Source of the DNA: Eledone cirrhosa
Taxonomy: Eukaryota
Reading direction: 5' to 3'
Assembly: GCA_964016885.1 (NCBI GenBank)
Contig: OZ024741.1
Coordinates: forward strand, 325,748,001 to 325,812,000
Length of the DNA stretch: 64,000 nucleotides
The notes beneath the pieces are model-generated. The model saw only the letters and a program-made list of their open reading frames with translations, had not been told where the DNA came from and searched no databases. Position numbers and translations under genes: made by a program. Positions 35,873-49,699 of this stretch are shown here, piece by piece. Position 1 is the first letter of the stretch. Each line of letters begins with the position of its first letter.

Positions 35873-38800
35873 CTTTCTTTATTAACCACAAGGGTTTACA
35901 TAAAGTATACATTAAGGACAGTACATGACAATACAGGACAGTACAAATGAGGATGTAAGAAAAAAATAACAATGAAAAATTCCCCAATACGGGGGAGACT
36001 TCCGAGGGACATTCGTGGAGAAAGCCCATTAAAAAAGCCACAGTGACCCTGACCACCAGGGCAAGTGCCCTCTCACAGTTTTCCACCTTTAATTTACAGA
36101 CACATACTCAGAGTAGGCCCATTCACTCGGGCCATTCTTGCCTCTCTCACCCATCTTTCAACAAAATTCTGGGAAGAGAGCACTTCCCTCTCTATTCTGA
36201 TTTTCCTTTTCAAATGAAATTTGAAAAAGTTAATCAGGGCATCACCGAAGAGGTAAGTGCTCGTCTTCAGCCCTTTCAAACGTGTCCACAATACTATCTC
36301 TTTCGCCATGGCCACCAGACAAATAAAAACTGCCTGCCCTTCCCGGCTAAAGGAAGAGGGCGGGGCAATCCCCATGATGGACTCAGCTGCTAGCTGGATC
36401 AGTCCTACACGCGACAGCAGATGTTCGACATAAACCCACAAGTCAGAAATGCTCGGACACTGGACGAGTGCGTGCAGGACGGTTTCGTCGCCCTGCGCGC
36501 ATCTTGGACACGCCCGCTTGACGGCACCTCCATGCCTGTAGAGTTTATCCCGAACTGGCAAAGCTCCTCGGTAGCACTGCCAGGCCAGGGATTTCTGGAA
36601 GTTGTCCATAGGCCCCGGCCCGAAATTTCTTCCGAAGAGATTGGCTAGTTAATTTTCGTCGACGCCTAGAGTTTCCCCAAGTACGTCGTCGCTCTTCCCC
36701 TCCACTAATCCTCTATAGAACGCCAAGGTGGAGTTTCCACCGATCACATCGCCCAATTGGTCGAGGGCTGTGAGCGCCTGAAGACATTCCAGTCTCCAAG
36801 CGCTTCCTCTCGGTCTTCCCTAGACCCAGGACTGCAGCTCCGTCAAGGAGACGAGCTGGGGAAAGACGCGTCTAGCAAACGGCGACCACACCTGAGCACC
36901 GTCGAGGAAGAGGTGGAGATGTCGTAGCCTGAGCGCGTGTCTGTGCATCATCAGCCACGGAATGCCCAGCCCTCCACCATAGCGGGTGTTGACAGTAGAT
37001 GGACCGCCTGACCATCGGAGCGCGTCCCTTCCACAAAAAGCGAAAGAGCAAGCGCTCCAGCGCAGTCAGGCGGGGCTTAGGACAAGGTACGACGGTCAGG
37101 TGGTAGTAGATGACGGACGCTATGTACGCGTTAGTCATCTCCGCTCGACCTTTCAGGGATAGTTTCCTCTCCGCCCAATTTTGGGTGAGAGAAGCCACCC
37201 TGCTCGTCACCTCGTCCAAGTTCTTGTCCGTCTGGAGGTCCGGACCGAACCAGATCCCTAGCAATTTAACCGGTCCGTCTTTCTATCGCCCGACGACGCT
37301 GTTGGGCGGCATGGACCTGCCTCTCCAGGTGACGAGATGCAGGCCCACTGACTTTTCCTGGTTGATCATTGCTCCTGTCACCGCTTCGTATTCTCTTAGT
37401 GTAGTGCCGATCGCCTCGATGTGTTTGGCGTTCGACACCACTACGGTGACATCGTCCGCATATGCTGACACGGATCTTCCGCATCCTAGTTCGCGCGGGA
37501 CGCCCCTCAAGGTCTCCAGTTTGTGCAGTAATGGCTCGAGAGTCAATACGTACAAGAGGGACGAGAGGGGATATCCTTGGCGGACCGAGCGCATGATGTT
37601 GAACGGTTCCGAAAGGTGACCGTTCACTCTCACCACAGAGCAGATGTCGCTGTGCGTGGCAGCGATCCAGCCTCTGAAGACGGGCCCAAAGCCAGCCGCC
37701 CCCAGGACTGCCGCTAGGTAACGATGGTCGACCCTATCAAAAGCTTTCGACTGATCTAAATTGATAAAGGACCCACCCGTGCCAGGTTCCTTAGCTACCC
37801 TCTCCACGATGTATCGCATGAGGTGGAGGTTGTCGTGGATGGATCTGTCGGGAATGGCGCATGTCTGCGCCTCTCCCACCAGACCACCAACGACAAGCGC
37901 CAACCTCTTTGCTAGCACCTTGGCCCAAATCTTGAACTCTGTGTTTAGCAGAGTTATGGACCTGAAATTATCTATGTTATCCCTCTTGCTCGGATCCTTT
38001 CTCAGTGCCACAGCTCATCGGCTCACAGAGCTGGGAATTATCCCGTTCTGTTGCCAGTTGTAGTAGACGTCCGCCAAGAGGCCTCCGAACCAGTCTGGTA
38101 TCTGTACGTAAAGTTCATAGGGCAGAGCATCCAAACCAGGCGATTTACCCATTGTGCAGCCAGTCATTGCCTCCCGTACTTCAGCGGCTGTTATCGGCTT
38201 TTCGCAACACTCCGCCTCAGTGGCTGAGAACCGCGGCAGTCCGTCGATGTAGACACTAAAGTCCATCCCTCGATCCGGCCCGCCGCTGCCCCCGAACAGC
38301 TGAGCGAAGTGTCGCTGAAAAGCTTCACACATTTGCCCTGGATCGAGTAGCATGCGCCCGTCGTGGTCCACCAAAGACGGGATCGTGGCTTTGTTGCCAC
38401 GACGCGCCTCCGCCACTCGGGCCCATTGAACGGCTTTCGTCCCATCGAGTCTGAGAGCACGCACCCTAGCTCTGACAACGCAGCCTTCGTGCTTTGCATT
38501 GAAGAATTGGTCAAGGGCCAATTTCGCCGCAACTACGTCGGTCGCGATGCCTTTGCTAAGCGCCTCGTCTAATTTTCTAACTAGTTCTCCTTCTGCTCTA
38601 TTTTTCTCTATTACTAAAACCTTACTAAACCTAATGAACTCTATTCTAATCGCTCTTTTCAGAGCAAACCACCACTTGTTGTTGAATATGGCCCCCGTCA
38701 TCGCCCACTTAACAAGTTCGCTAATCCGGTCTCTGTAGTCCTTGCGCGCTGGTAAGGATGCGTTTAGCTTCCAGAAGCCGGGTCCTCGTCTATGCAGCCT

Positions 38801-41715
38801 ATCTAAGTCAAGCACACAGATCACGAATTTGTGGTCCGTGTAGCTGACTATCTTGAATTGTGGACAGCCTATGCTAGACCTATCTATTTCCCTACAAAAT
38901 ACTCTATCTAGATATGATCTTGATGACCCTATGTGATTTGTCCAAGTCCACATTGGCACATTCGGAAAATCCAATCGGTACCTGTCAGACAGTTCAAAAC
39001 GCCTGAGCAGGTTGGTGAGGCTCTTGCACCCTCCTCCCCTATCCGCTAGTCCCACACAGTCCTAGCGTGCATCTAAGATCCCGTTCCAGTTGCCCACTAA
39101 CACTAAAGAACGCGACGTTCCAAGAAAGGTCTCCAGACGCCGGAAGAAATCAGGCCGCCCTGCTCCTGTCGGGGCATAGACGGCCACTATCCTGTAAACT
39201 TGCCCGTCTCCGCTGGTCACGTCCAGCACCACCAACTAACCTTCTGGGTCCAGGAAGATGGCCCGTATGGCGAGATCCAAACTTCTCCGAAAAAGCACAG
39301 CAACTCCTCCCTCCGATCCAGGACGGCTGGGAGATGCGTACACATCGTAGCCGCCTAAGATCGGTGCGAAGGCCCGTGCTTCGGAGATTCTGGTCTCGCT
39401 GATGGCTACTACATCTATGTTTAGTGACCTGAGGTCGTTGAGCAGGTGGCCCTGCTTCCATGACGACCCCAAGCCACGCGCATTTATGCTGCCTATTTTG
39501 AGTGAGGTCATGTTGAAATGAGTGGAAAAGATGGGAAAGACCACTTACATTACTTCTCGTAGAGGAAGGATGGTTTCTCCATCCTTTTCACTGCTTGTGG
39601 CCTCCTCCGGAAGGATGTCCTTATAAATACTCCTGGAGAGTGCTTGTCAGAAGTCTCCGATGTCTTTGGGGAATTTTTGTTTTAGTGTCGTGTACGTTTT
39701 CTGTGCGATGCGAGTGATTTGTATGTGTGGAGGTGGTGTGAACTTTTGGGGTGTTGTGTAGTCTCTTTCTGTGATGCTGGTGTTGTGTTGGATGTAGTGT
39801 AATAGTTGGTTGTTGTGCAAATTTAATGCTGTGTAGTGTGTATCGTTTTGGTTTTGTTTTGTTTGCGTTTGTTATGGGTTTGTTTCTGTTTCGCTTTTTG
39901 GTGACTATTGTGGTGTTGGTGATGGTGGTGTTGGGGTTAATGATGGTGATGGTGTTGGTGTTCGTGGTGATGGGGTTGGTGATGCTGGTGTGGATGGTGG
40001 AATAGCTGTCCTAACTTTTTTGTGTGATAGTTTATTTGTTTCCTTCTGTATTTTGTTTTTGGAGGGGGAAGGAAGAGGATTTTTTCTTTTTTGGCTTCTT
40101 TTTCTTTTTTGTTTTTTTTTCTGATACCGTTTCCCACTCCTCGTCGTCACAATCTCTCTCCAGTTGCGATAGGTCGGGGAGTGGAAAATCCTCCACATGC
40201 GTTGGTTTTGGTTGTAGCGTGGTGGATGGTGTAGGCGCTGGTGCTAGTTCTGGCGCGTTGGGTGGTGGTGGTGGTGTTGGTTTTGCTACTGTTGCTGGGA
40301 TTGTTGCTGCTACAGTTGCTTCTGTTGTTGCAGCTACAGTTGTTGCTGCCATTTCTGCTGCTGGTGGTGTTGATGGTTGAGTCACTGGGGTGGGTAAGGG
40401 AGGTGGCCTCAACTTTTTAACATGAGGGCAGAAAGCCCTTAGGTGGGTTACTTCACCACAAACGACACGCCTAGGCCTTCTACTCTCGACGATTACGGTG
40501 AGGTGGCTGCCGTCAGTGAGGTCTATTACCTCTGGGATCTCCTCAATGCTTTTTTGGTCCGCTTGGATCAGGATCTCCATCCCAGATCCGGACCATTTCT
40601 CCTGCTTTTCTTTCGCTATTTCGATTATCTTGGTGTTGGCCTCGATGCCGGTGAGGACGGCAGCCATTAGCCAGGGAGTTTCGATGGCCGGTGGAACGTG
40701 GGTCATCCTGATCTTCACGAGTCTCTGGCCACAATAGCTTGGGACGAGTATGAAGTCGTCACTTCTTCATGGGGCCATGGAGTGTTCTCTGGCCTCCTGT
40801 GGTGTTCCAAAGAACACGTCCAGGGCTCCATATTTCTGCCCTCGTTTGATGTGGGTTTTTTTGCCCACACATGTCCCAAAGCGTTTTGCATTTGGGACTC
40901 TGATGCCCGTTCCACTCGGCGCGATTTTATGTTAATCGTCCGATAAGACACGGTGCATAGGCGCCGAAGCTCTATTTTATTATGTGTGTATGTGTGTGTG
41001 GGGGGGGGGGAGGCTGACCCTTTCCATCTTTCTTTATCATTCTCTTGGCTTCATCTAAATCCTCCTGAGTTACCTGGATTATTTCGCATTGTTTGGCTGC
41101 TTTGGCAAACGACACGGTTTGTTATTCTCATTGTTGTTGTTGCTGTTGTTGTTATTGTTATTTTTGTTATTGTTATTTTTAGTATCAGTTGTGGTGGTGG
41201 TGGCGTCAGTGGTGTTCGGTGTGGAAGAGTCGATTCTGGGTGAATCCATTTCGATGTCACGAGATAATTTCTTTTGTTTCTGTTGTCCCTGTGGTGGTGG
41301 TGGGGGTGGCGGCTTCAACACCTGCAGTCATTGGTAATGGCGGGAAATGGAAATGAATGTCTGCATGAGACAAATTTAAATTATTGCTACTGCTTATATT
41401 TTTAGTGTTGGCAAACGTAGTAATATTTACAATGGTGGTGTTGGTGTGAGGTGTTAGTTTGTGAGGAAGGCTGTCAGCCTGGTGTAGCTGTGAGTCATCC
41501 ATGTTTTTTCAAACTAATATTTTGTTTGCTAATTATAAAAGTTTAAATTTTGGGCTCAAGGCCCCAATCTTTTTGAGTGTCCTTTTCCGAAAGCAAATTA
41601 TGTGACCTTATAAACACTTAACAACAAAAATGTTCCATAAATGGCAATTTGAAACAACTGAAAACAACAAACCTTTGCGGAGCTCACGATGATACGATTT
41701 CCTACGTAGGTCGCC
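35870..41715 (-). mobile_element. Full-length but disrupted Tx1 LINE, bounded by (TAA)n on both sides
   Basis: 5' UTR from 41715; ORF1 from ~41502 with knuckle VVCGEVTHLRAFCP; ORF2 from ~39511 (APE, RT AYADD, CPRC zinc finger) to 36094; 3' AATAAAGAAAGC(ATT)n. Confidence 0.92.
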
Positions 41716-41776
<61 letters not shown>

Positions 41777-43376
41777 GTTGGGAAAGGGAGGGCTTACCAT
41801 CAATCACCTCCTCTTCATGGACGATCTTAAGCTCTTCGGGAAGAGTGAGAAGGAGTTGGATGTGCTTGTTGACACTGTCCGTATTTTCAGCCAGCAATGA
41901 TATATGTATGTAATTTGGTATTAGTAAGTATGGAGTCATTGTGATGAGGAGGGGTAAGTTGAGCAGAAGTAACGGAATCCAGATATCAACAGGTGAGATG
42001 ATGAAGGAAATTGACTCTGAGGAAGGATACAAGTATTTGGGCGTTCTGGAGGCTGATGACATCAAGAACAAAAAAATGAAGGAATTGATAAGAACTGAAT
42101 ACCTTCGGAGAGTAAGGAGCGTATTAAAGTCACATCTGAACAGTAGGAATGCCATAAGTGCTGTAAATTCCCGAGCTGTGTCTATTATTAGGTACAGTGC
42201 GGGAATTATGAGATGGAATGTTGCTGAACAAAAAGAAATGGATAGGAAGACTAGAAAGCTATTGACTATCTACAACATGTTCCACAAGAAATGTGATGTC
42301 GATAGACTCTACTTAAGGAGATCTGAGGGTGGAAGAGGTCTTATCAGCATAGAGGACTGTGTTCAGATGGAGAAAAACAACCTACACAAATACGTGACTG
42401 ATAGTAAGGAGCCAATTCTCAGAACTGTACTGAAGGAGGGGACAATAGGCCAGGGGATGTCCAAGGAGGAAATAACATCAAGGAGAAAGAGCAGCCTTCA
42501 GGAAAAATCCCTTCATAGTACCATCTTTGAGAGAACTGAATTTAGAGATCCACAGACAAGGAATGGTTGAAAAGAGGAGGCCTTAAAAAGGCTACAGAAG
42601 GAATGTTAATGGCTACGCAGAAGCAGGCCCTCAAAACGAAGTGGTTGAAACACCACATTTACAAGGAGGAGGCTAGCCCACTGTGCAGGATCTGTGGAGA
42701 GAGAGAGAGAGAGAGAGAGAGGAGATTGTGGCTCACATTGTATCCGAGTGTAAATACCTAGCCCAGACTCACTATAAGGGCTGGAGACATGATGTGATGG
42801 GCAGGGTGATCCACTGGCACCTATGCAAAGTAAACAATTTACCACATTCTGAGAAGTGGTATGAGCATAAGCCAGAGGCGGTGATAGAAAACGATCAGGT
42901 GAAGGTGCTGTGGGATTTTAGGATACAGACGGACAAGAAACTGGAACACAATAGACCTGACCTGGTGGTTTTGGACAAAGAAAAAAGATCGTGCCTGATT
43001 GTGGATGTGGCCTGCCCATTCGACACGAGAGTGCAAGAGAAGGAGATGGAGAAAATTAACCGATACCAGGACTTAAAGTGGGAGGTAAAAAGGATTTGGA
43101 ACTGCCATGAAGTCAAAGTGATCCCGATTATCATAGGCGCACTAGGGACTATCTCAAAAAGTTTCCAGGGATGGTTAAAGAAAATTGGCCCCTTCACGCT
43201 TTTTGGAACGCTTCAAAAGGCATGCTTGCTGGGAACAGCAAGAACCCTCCGATACGTCCTGAATATCTGAGGCTGCAGGTAGTGGCTTGATATTCATTTC
43301 AACAAACTTTCCAGTTAATTAACATCAATGACTGAGACTCAAAGAGTAATAACAATAATAATAATAATAATAATAA
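41777..43376 (+). mobile_element. 5'-truncated R4/Dong LINE, family A
   Basis: FMDDLK, CRICG..HIVSEC, HNRPDLVV..DVACPFD..EK..KINRY; (TAA)n on both sides. Confidence 0.92.
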
Positions 43377-43377
43377 A

Positions 43378-43748
43378 AAAAACATTAACAAAATTGAGCA
43401 TGTATAAGGACCTGGAGATAGAAATTGGAAAAATGTGGAAATTGAGAACTAAAACAATACCAGTGGTTGTAGGCGCTCTAGGAATGATACCTAAGGGGTC
43501 TAATGATTACTTATCGCAAATCCCAGGAAACCCGCGTATAGGAGAAATACAAAAGATAGTACTAATGGGAACTGCCCATATACTAAGAAAGGTTCTGTCA
43601 ATATAAGTACATCACAAGTCTAAACACTAAGGATGCATGTGTGTGTATGTATGTTCTTTCTTGAGCATGGCGGACCTTGTTGTCTCTTGAGGTCACTGGT
43701 TGTGACTTGGTGATAACTCGTATGAACATAAAGCAAGATAAATCCAAC

Positions 43749-43800
<52 letters not shown>
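43378..43800 (+). mobile_element. Short 5'-truncated R4/Dong LINE, family B
   Basis: Near-identical to 53279-53670; (TAA)n tail. Confidence 0.92.
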
Positions 43801-43809
43801 GGGAATAAA

Positions 43810-44990
43810 TAAGGGAAGAAGACGCACGAGGTGACGGAGGTCATGAAATCGCTCCCGTAAGTTTTGAATTTTTAACATATTTAAATCATTTGTGAAATAA
43901 CAACTCTTAGTACAAATGCTACGTAAAGCACCCGGCTTGAGCCCCAAAAAAATTCGGACCCAAAATATATTGTTATAAGGCTCAAATATTCAAATATTCA
44001 ACTTTGTATTGTACACTGTATATCCAAAAAAAATGGCTATAAATGGAAGAAGAAGAACCCCCCCCCCCTCCTCTCCTCTGGCTACACTATATAGGACAGC
44101 TAAACTCACCAACACCAGAAACTAGATACACCACCCACCCCATCATCTGTGTACACTAAACACAACAGCATTTTCACCTTCACCGCCACCGCTCACTACG
44201 GCCATCATTACCACCACTATCCCATCACCGCCGCCACCACCCCTTGACTCCTTCACTGCTGCTGCCACCGCTACAGCACCATCACTACAGTAATACGGCT
44301 CAAATATTCAAATATTCAACTTTGTATTGTACACTGTATATCCAAAAAAAAAAAATAAATAAATAAAATGGCTATAAATGGAAGAAGAAGAACCCCCCCC
44401 CCTCCTCTCCTCTGGCTACACTATATAGGACAGCGAAACTCACCAACACCAGAAACTAGATACACCACCCACCCCATCATCTGTGTACACTAAACACAAC
44501 AGCATTTTCACCTTCACCGCCACCGCTCACTACGGCCATCATTACCACCACTATCCCATCACCGCCGCCACCACACCCTGACTCCTTCACTGCTGCTGCC
44601 ACCGCTACAGCACCATCACTACAGTAATACGGTCGCATCACCGCCACCACTGCCTCGGTATCGACATCACCACCACCACTGTCTCAGTATCGCCAACGCC
44701 GCCAGTCTCTGCTGGCTACCACTTCCACATTATAGAATTCCTACTACTAACAAAGAGGAAGGCATCAAAATATATAGATAGACTCAAAAGAAAAAAGAAA
44801 AAACAAACAACAAAAGCAGCACAGCAACAACAGTAAAAAACGAGAAAAACAGAGAAAAACAAAAACAAAAAAAGAAACCCCAAAAACGTAAAGAAAATAA
44901 GAATGAAGAGAGAAGCAGGCGGACGGACAGAGAAGAGGGGGGAAAAAGTAAAACTTAAAAAACAAAAACTAAGTCAGACATTCGAATACT
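43810..44990 (+). mobile_element. Probable LINE (Tx1-like) 5' segment with ~320-bp tandem duplication
   Basis: Homologous to 48721-49330; short motif sharing with the Tx1 5' UTR at 41500-41715(-); duplication 43979-44296 / 44297-44630. Confidence 0.5.
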
Positions 44991-45049
44991 ACATTACAAT
45001 GAAACTTATGCTTATTCATTTTTGGGGCCCTTTCTGCCCGTGTGTTTGT

Positions 45050-48000
45050 TTGTTTATGTGTGTCCGTATACAGCGTGGTGATAATGTCACACAAGGGCCA
45101 AGTGGGATGGCGGATCCACAGATGGCTATGTAAACATACATTCGCCAATCCTCGATAAGAGTGTTTAAATATCGAACATAAACAGTTCGAATAACGGTGA
45201 AATGGAGACTAGAACGTCATGTGACAGACTCTCACCCAACAGGTGCCCCCTGGCTCAGCAGCAGGAACCTGACTGTCAACCAAATACTGCTGATGTTGGA
45301 GGAAGAAGAAGAAGGAAAGGGGCCAGAACCAACTGGACGAAAGAATTGAATAGAACTGTTATGCAATGCTACCTGAAAAGTAACCCCAAGGAGAGGGGCT
45401 ACAGGAGACGGATGCATAACATCTGGAACGAGATTGGTTTATTTAAATTAGATGAACAAAAATTGGCCGGGCAGGCTCGGGTAATAAGAACTAATGGGTG
45501 GATAAGCGAGCTGGAACTGGAGGAACTGAGCAGAGAGAATGGCTTGGAGATGGCGGGTGTAGTATGCCAGACAAGCGAGCCAGCGGGAAATGAAGGTGAG
45601 GAGGTCCTGAGAACGGAGGAACCACCCGAAGCAGACAATGATCTGAATACTGAGATAAATAATACCTGGAACAGAGATACGGCCACTGAGGAGATGAATG
45701 CTGACGGGCTAGGACAAGATTCGGTTGACATCCTAAATTTAGTGGTAGATGAGTTGAACAATGATAGTGGGAGACCTATGAACCTAAGATTTGTAGACAG
45801 GAAAAAGTTAAAAGAAACAACAGCTAAGGTAAACAAAGTCATCCCATACCTTGAGGCGAGGAGTCTTCACCAGTGCAACAATATCCTCAAAGCAACAGCA
45901 AATACGGTGAGGAAACTACTTGGTATAAAAGCGAGAGGAAACAACAGACAAGAAAGAGCAGAGCCGTGGTGGAAGAAGCGACTGAGTGGGCAAATCGGGG
46001 AAATGAGAAATGACATAGGAAAGCTTGAGTCACTACTGAATGGGACACTAAAAAACATAGGCACTAAAAATAGACTGGAAATAAAATACAAAACTAGGAG
46101 TAAAAAGCTAAATATTATCATAGAGGAATTGAAGCAACGCATTGTAGCAAAGAGTGCCAAAATCAGGCGATACGAGAACAGAGTCAGTCAGTATAAACAG
46201 AACCGCATGTTCGACAACAACCAGAAGATGCTGTTTGGACAGCTTGAGGGGAAAGAAAGAGGCAACGACTTGATCCCTGGGGCGGAACAAGCTAAAACAT
46301 TCTGGAGAGGAATATGGGAGCAGGATGTTAGACACAATGCCCAGGCAGGGTGGATTGAGACAGTACAGAGGGAGATCGGTGAGCAGGCACAGCAACAGAC
46401 TGATTTGAGTATCACAGTTGAAACTCTTAAGGGGCAAGCCAAAAAACTAACCAACTGGAAATCACCAGGCCCAGATGGTGTGCAGGGGTATTGGATTAAA
46501 CATTTAACATCCCTCCACCCGAAGCTGACGGCCATGTTCAATGACTGCTTGGTGTCGGGTGAGGTGCCAGAGTGGTTGACAAAAGGTACCACAGTTCTGA
46601 TAATGAAAGACCGAATCAAGGGTAATGATGTTACCAACTATAGACCTATCACATGTCTGCCCGTAATGTGGAAACTGTTGACGAGCATTGTGTCTGAGGA
46701 AATCTACCATCACCTCCACACAAACAACTTGTTGCCGGACGAACAGAAAGGATGCCGAAAGAAGTCACGTGGTACAAAGGACCAGTTGCTTATTGATAAG
46801 ATGGTAATGGGGAATTGCAGGAGGAGACACACTGATCTTGCCATGGGATGGATAGACTACAGAAAGGCATTTGACATGGTGCCTCATTCCTGGATCACCA
46901 AAAGCCTGGAGATCTTCAGGGTGGCAGATAACATCAGACAGTTGCTGGGCAGGAGTATGGGGTCCTGGGAGACAGAGTTGACATCAACTGGAGTATCCTT
47001 GGGAAGCGTGAAGATCAAGAGAGGTATCTTCCAGGGAGATAGCCTGTCCCCTCTGTTGTTTGTCCTTGCCCTGATGCCCTTGACCATTATGCTGCGAAAA
47101 GTGAGAGCAGGATACAAGTTGGGAAGGGGAGAGCTTACCATCAATCACCTCCTCTTCATGGACGATCTTAAGCTATTCGGGAAAAGTGAGAAGGAGTTGG
47201 ATGTGCTTGTTGACACTGTCCGTATTTTCAGCAGTGATATATGTATGCAGTTTGGTATTGGTAAATGTGGAGTCATTGTGATGAGGAGGGGTAGGTTGAG
47301 CAGAAGTAACGGGATCCAGATACCAACAGGTGAGATGATAAAGGAAATTGACTCTGAGGAAGGATACAAGTATTTGGGCGTTCTGGAGGCTGATGGCATC
47401 AAGAACAAAAAAATGAAGGAATTGTTAAGAACTGAATACATTCGGAGAGTAAGGAGCGTATTGAAGTCACATCTGAACAGCAGAAATGCCATAAGCGCAG
47501 TAAATTCCCGAGCTGTCTATTATTAGGTACAGTGCGGGAATTCTGAGATGGAATGTTGCTGAACAAAAAGAAATGGATAGGAAGACTAGGAAGCTATTGA
47601 CTATCTACAACATGTTCCACAAGAGGAGTGATGTCGATAGACTCTACCTAAGGAGATCTGAGGGTGGAAGAGGGCTTATCAGCATAGAGGACTGTGTTCA
47701 GATGGAGAAAAACAACCTATACAAATACGTGACCTATAGTAAGGAGCCAATGCTCAGAGCTGTACTGAAGGAGGGGACAGTAGGCCAGGGGATACCCAAG
47801 GAGGAAATAACATCAAGGAGGAAGAGCAGCCTTAAGGGAAAATCCCTTCATAGTACCTTCTTTGAGAAAACTGAATTTAGAGATCCACAGACATGGAACT
47901 GGTTGAGAAGAGGAGACCTCAAAAAGGCTACAGAAGGAATGCTAATGGCTGCGCAGGAGCAGGCCCTCAAAACGAAGTGGTTGAAGCACCATATCTACAA

Positions 48001-48678
48001 GGAGGAGGCTAGCCCACTGTGCAGGATCTGTGGAGAGAGAGAGGAGACTGTGGCTCACATTGTGTCCGAGTGTAAACACCTAGCCCAGACCCACTATAAG
48101 GGCTGGAGACACGATGTGATGGGCAGGGTGATCCACTGGCACCTGTGCAAAGTAAACAATCTACCACATTCTGAGAAATGGTATGAGCATAGGCCAGAGG
48201 CGGTGATGGAGAACAGTCAGGTGAAGGTGCTGTGGGATTTTAGGATACAGACGGACAAAAAACTGGAACACAATAGACCTGACCTGGTGGTTGTGGACAA
48301 AGAAAAAAGATCGTGCCTGATTGTGGATGTGGCCTGCCCGTTCGACACGAGAGTGCAAGAGAAGGAGAGGGAGAAAATTAACCGATACCAGGACCTAAAG
48401 TGGGAGGTGAAAAGGATTTGGAACTGCCATGAAGTCAAAGTGAACCCGATTGTCATAGGCGCACTGGGGACTATCTCCAAAGGTTTCCAGGGATGGTTAA
48501 AGAAAATCGGCCCCTTCACGCTTTTTGGAACGCTTCAAAAGGCATGCTTGCTTGGAACGGCAAGAACCCTCCGATACGTCCTGAATATCTGAGGCTGCAG
48601 GTAGTGGCTTGATACTCAATCCAACGGACTTTCCAGTTAACCAACATCAATGACTGAGATTCAAGGAATAACAATAAC

Positions 48679-48710
<32 letters not shown>
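45050..48710 (+). mobile_element. Full-length R4/Dong-clade LINE, family A
   Basis: Single long ORF with RT (QGDSLSPLLF, FMDD), CCHC and PD-(D/E)xK-type REL endonuclease; (TAA)n tail; 5' boundary approximate. Confidence 0.93.
45202..48592 (+). pseudogene. RT-REL polyprotein with one frameshift (~47516)
   Basis: ORFs 45202..47526 and 47573..48592; sister copy reads GCTGTGTCTATT (42175) versus GCTGTCTATT here. Confidence 0.92.
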
Positions 48711-48720
48711 GAAGAAGAAG

Positions 48721-49330
48721 AAGGGAAGAAGACGCACGAGGTGGTAGAAGGTCATGAAATCGCTCCCGTAAGTTTTTGATTTTTAACATATTTAAATCAA
48801 TTGTGAAATAACAATTCTTAGTACAAATGTTGCATAAACCACCGAATGAAGTCCCATAAAATTTCGGATCCATATTATATTGTTATATCGCTCAAATATT
48901 CAATTTTGTATTATATATTTTGTATTAAAAAAAAGAAAATGGTTATAAATGGAAGAAAACACCCTCTGTCTACACTATATAGAACAGCCAAATAACAGCA
49001 ATTTCACCAACACCAGAAACTTGATACACCACCTATCCCATCACACTAAATATAACAGTCAGATAACGGCAATTTCACCACCACCACCATCAATCCCAGC
49101 ATCATAATAATAATTACTATTATTATTGTCTCAAATTTTAACAAAATGTTTAATTCCAATTTTACGGGAATATGTCAACACAATATATATTAAACATACG
49201 AACACAAACTCATAGACACTACATATCACAACACTCAGTAACCACAACGCCACCGCCGCCACCACCCCATCCATCATTGCTACCACTATCCCATCGCCGC
49301 CGCCACCACTCCTTCATTGCTACCACGACT
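48721..49330 (+). mobile_element. Second copy of the 43810 segment
   Basis: AAGGGAAGAAGACGCACGAGGTG...GAAATCGCTCCCGTAAG shared, diverged downstream. Confidence 0.6.
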
Positions 49331-49699
49331 ATTCCCCTGTTAACTTGAGAGAGAAAGGGGAAGGTGGCGGTATCACTAGACAAGGCTAGCAAAAGATATA
49401 AATAGATTGACTTAGTGAACTGGCCACCGGCCAAACGTCAACATCAACAACTATGGGACTGCTGGCTCACCCCTTCCTCACCAACAATATAAAAAGCCCC
49501 GGCACCACCACCGACATAGCCAACAACAATAACAGGCAACTACAGCAAAAAGTATATTATATTATTGTAATGCACTGGGTGATTGCTGGCCTTGTGCCTG
49601 GAGTGGAGACAATTATTAATAATTTCATTCTTAAGCCGCACAATGCTCACATTAAGGAACCACCCATGATAATAACAATTTAAAAAAACAACAAAAAGA

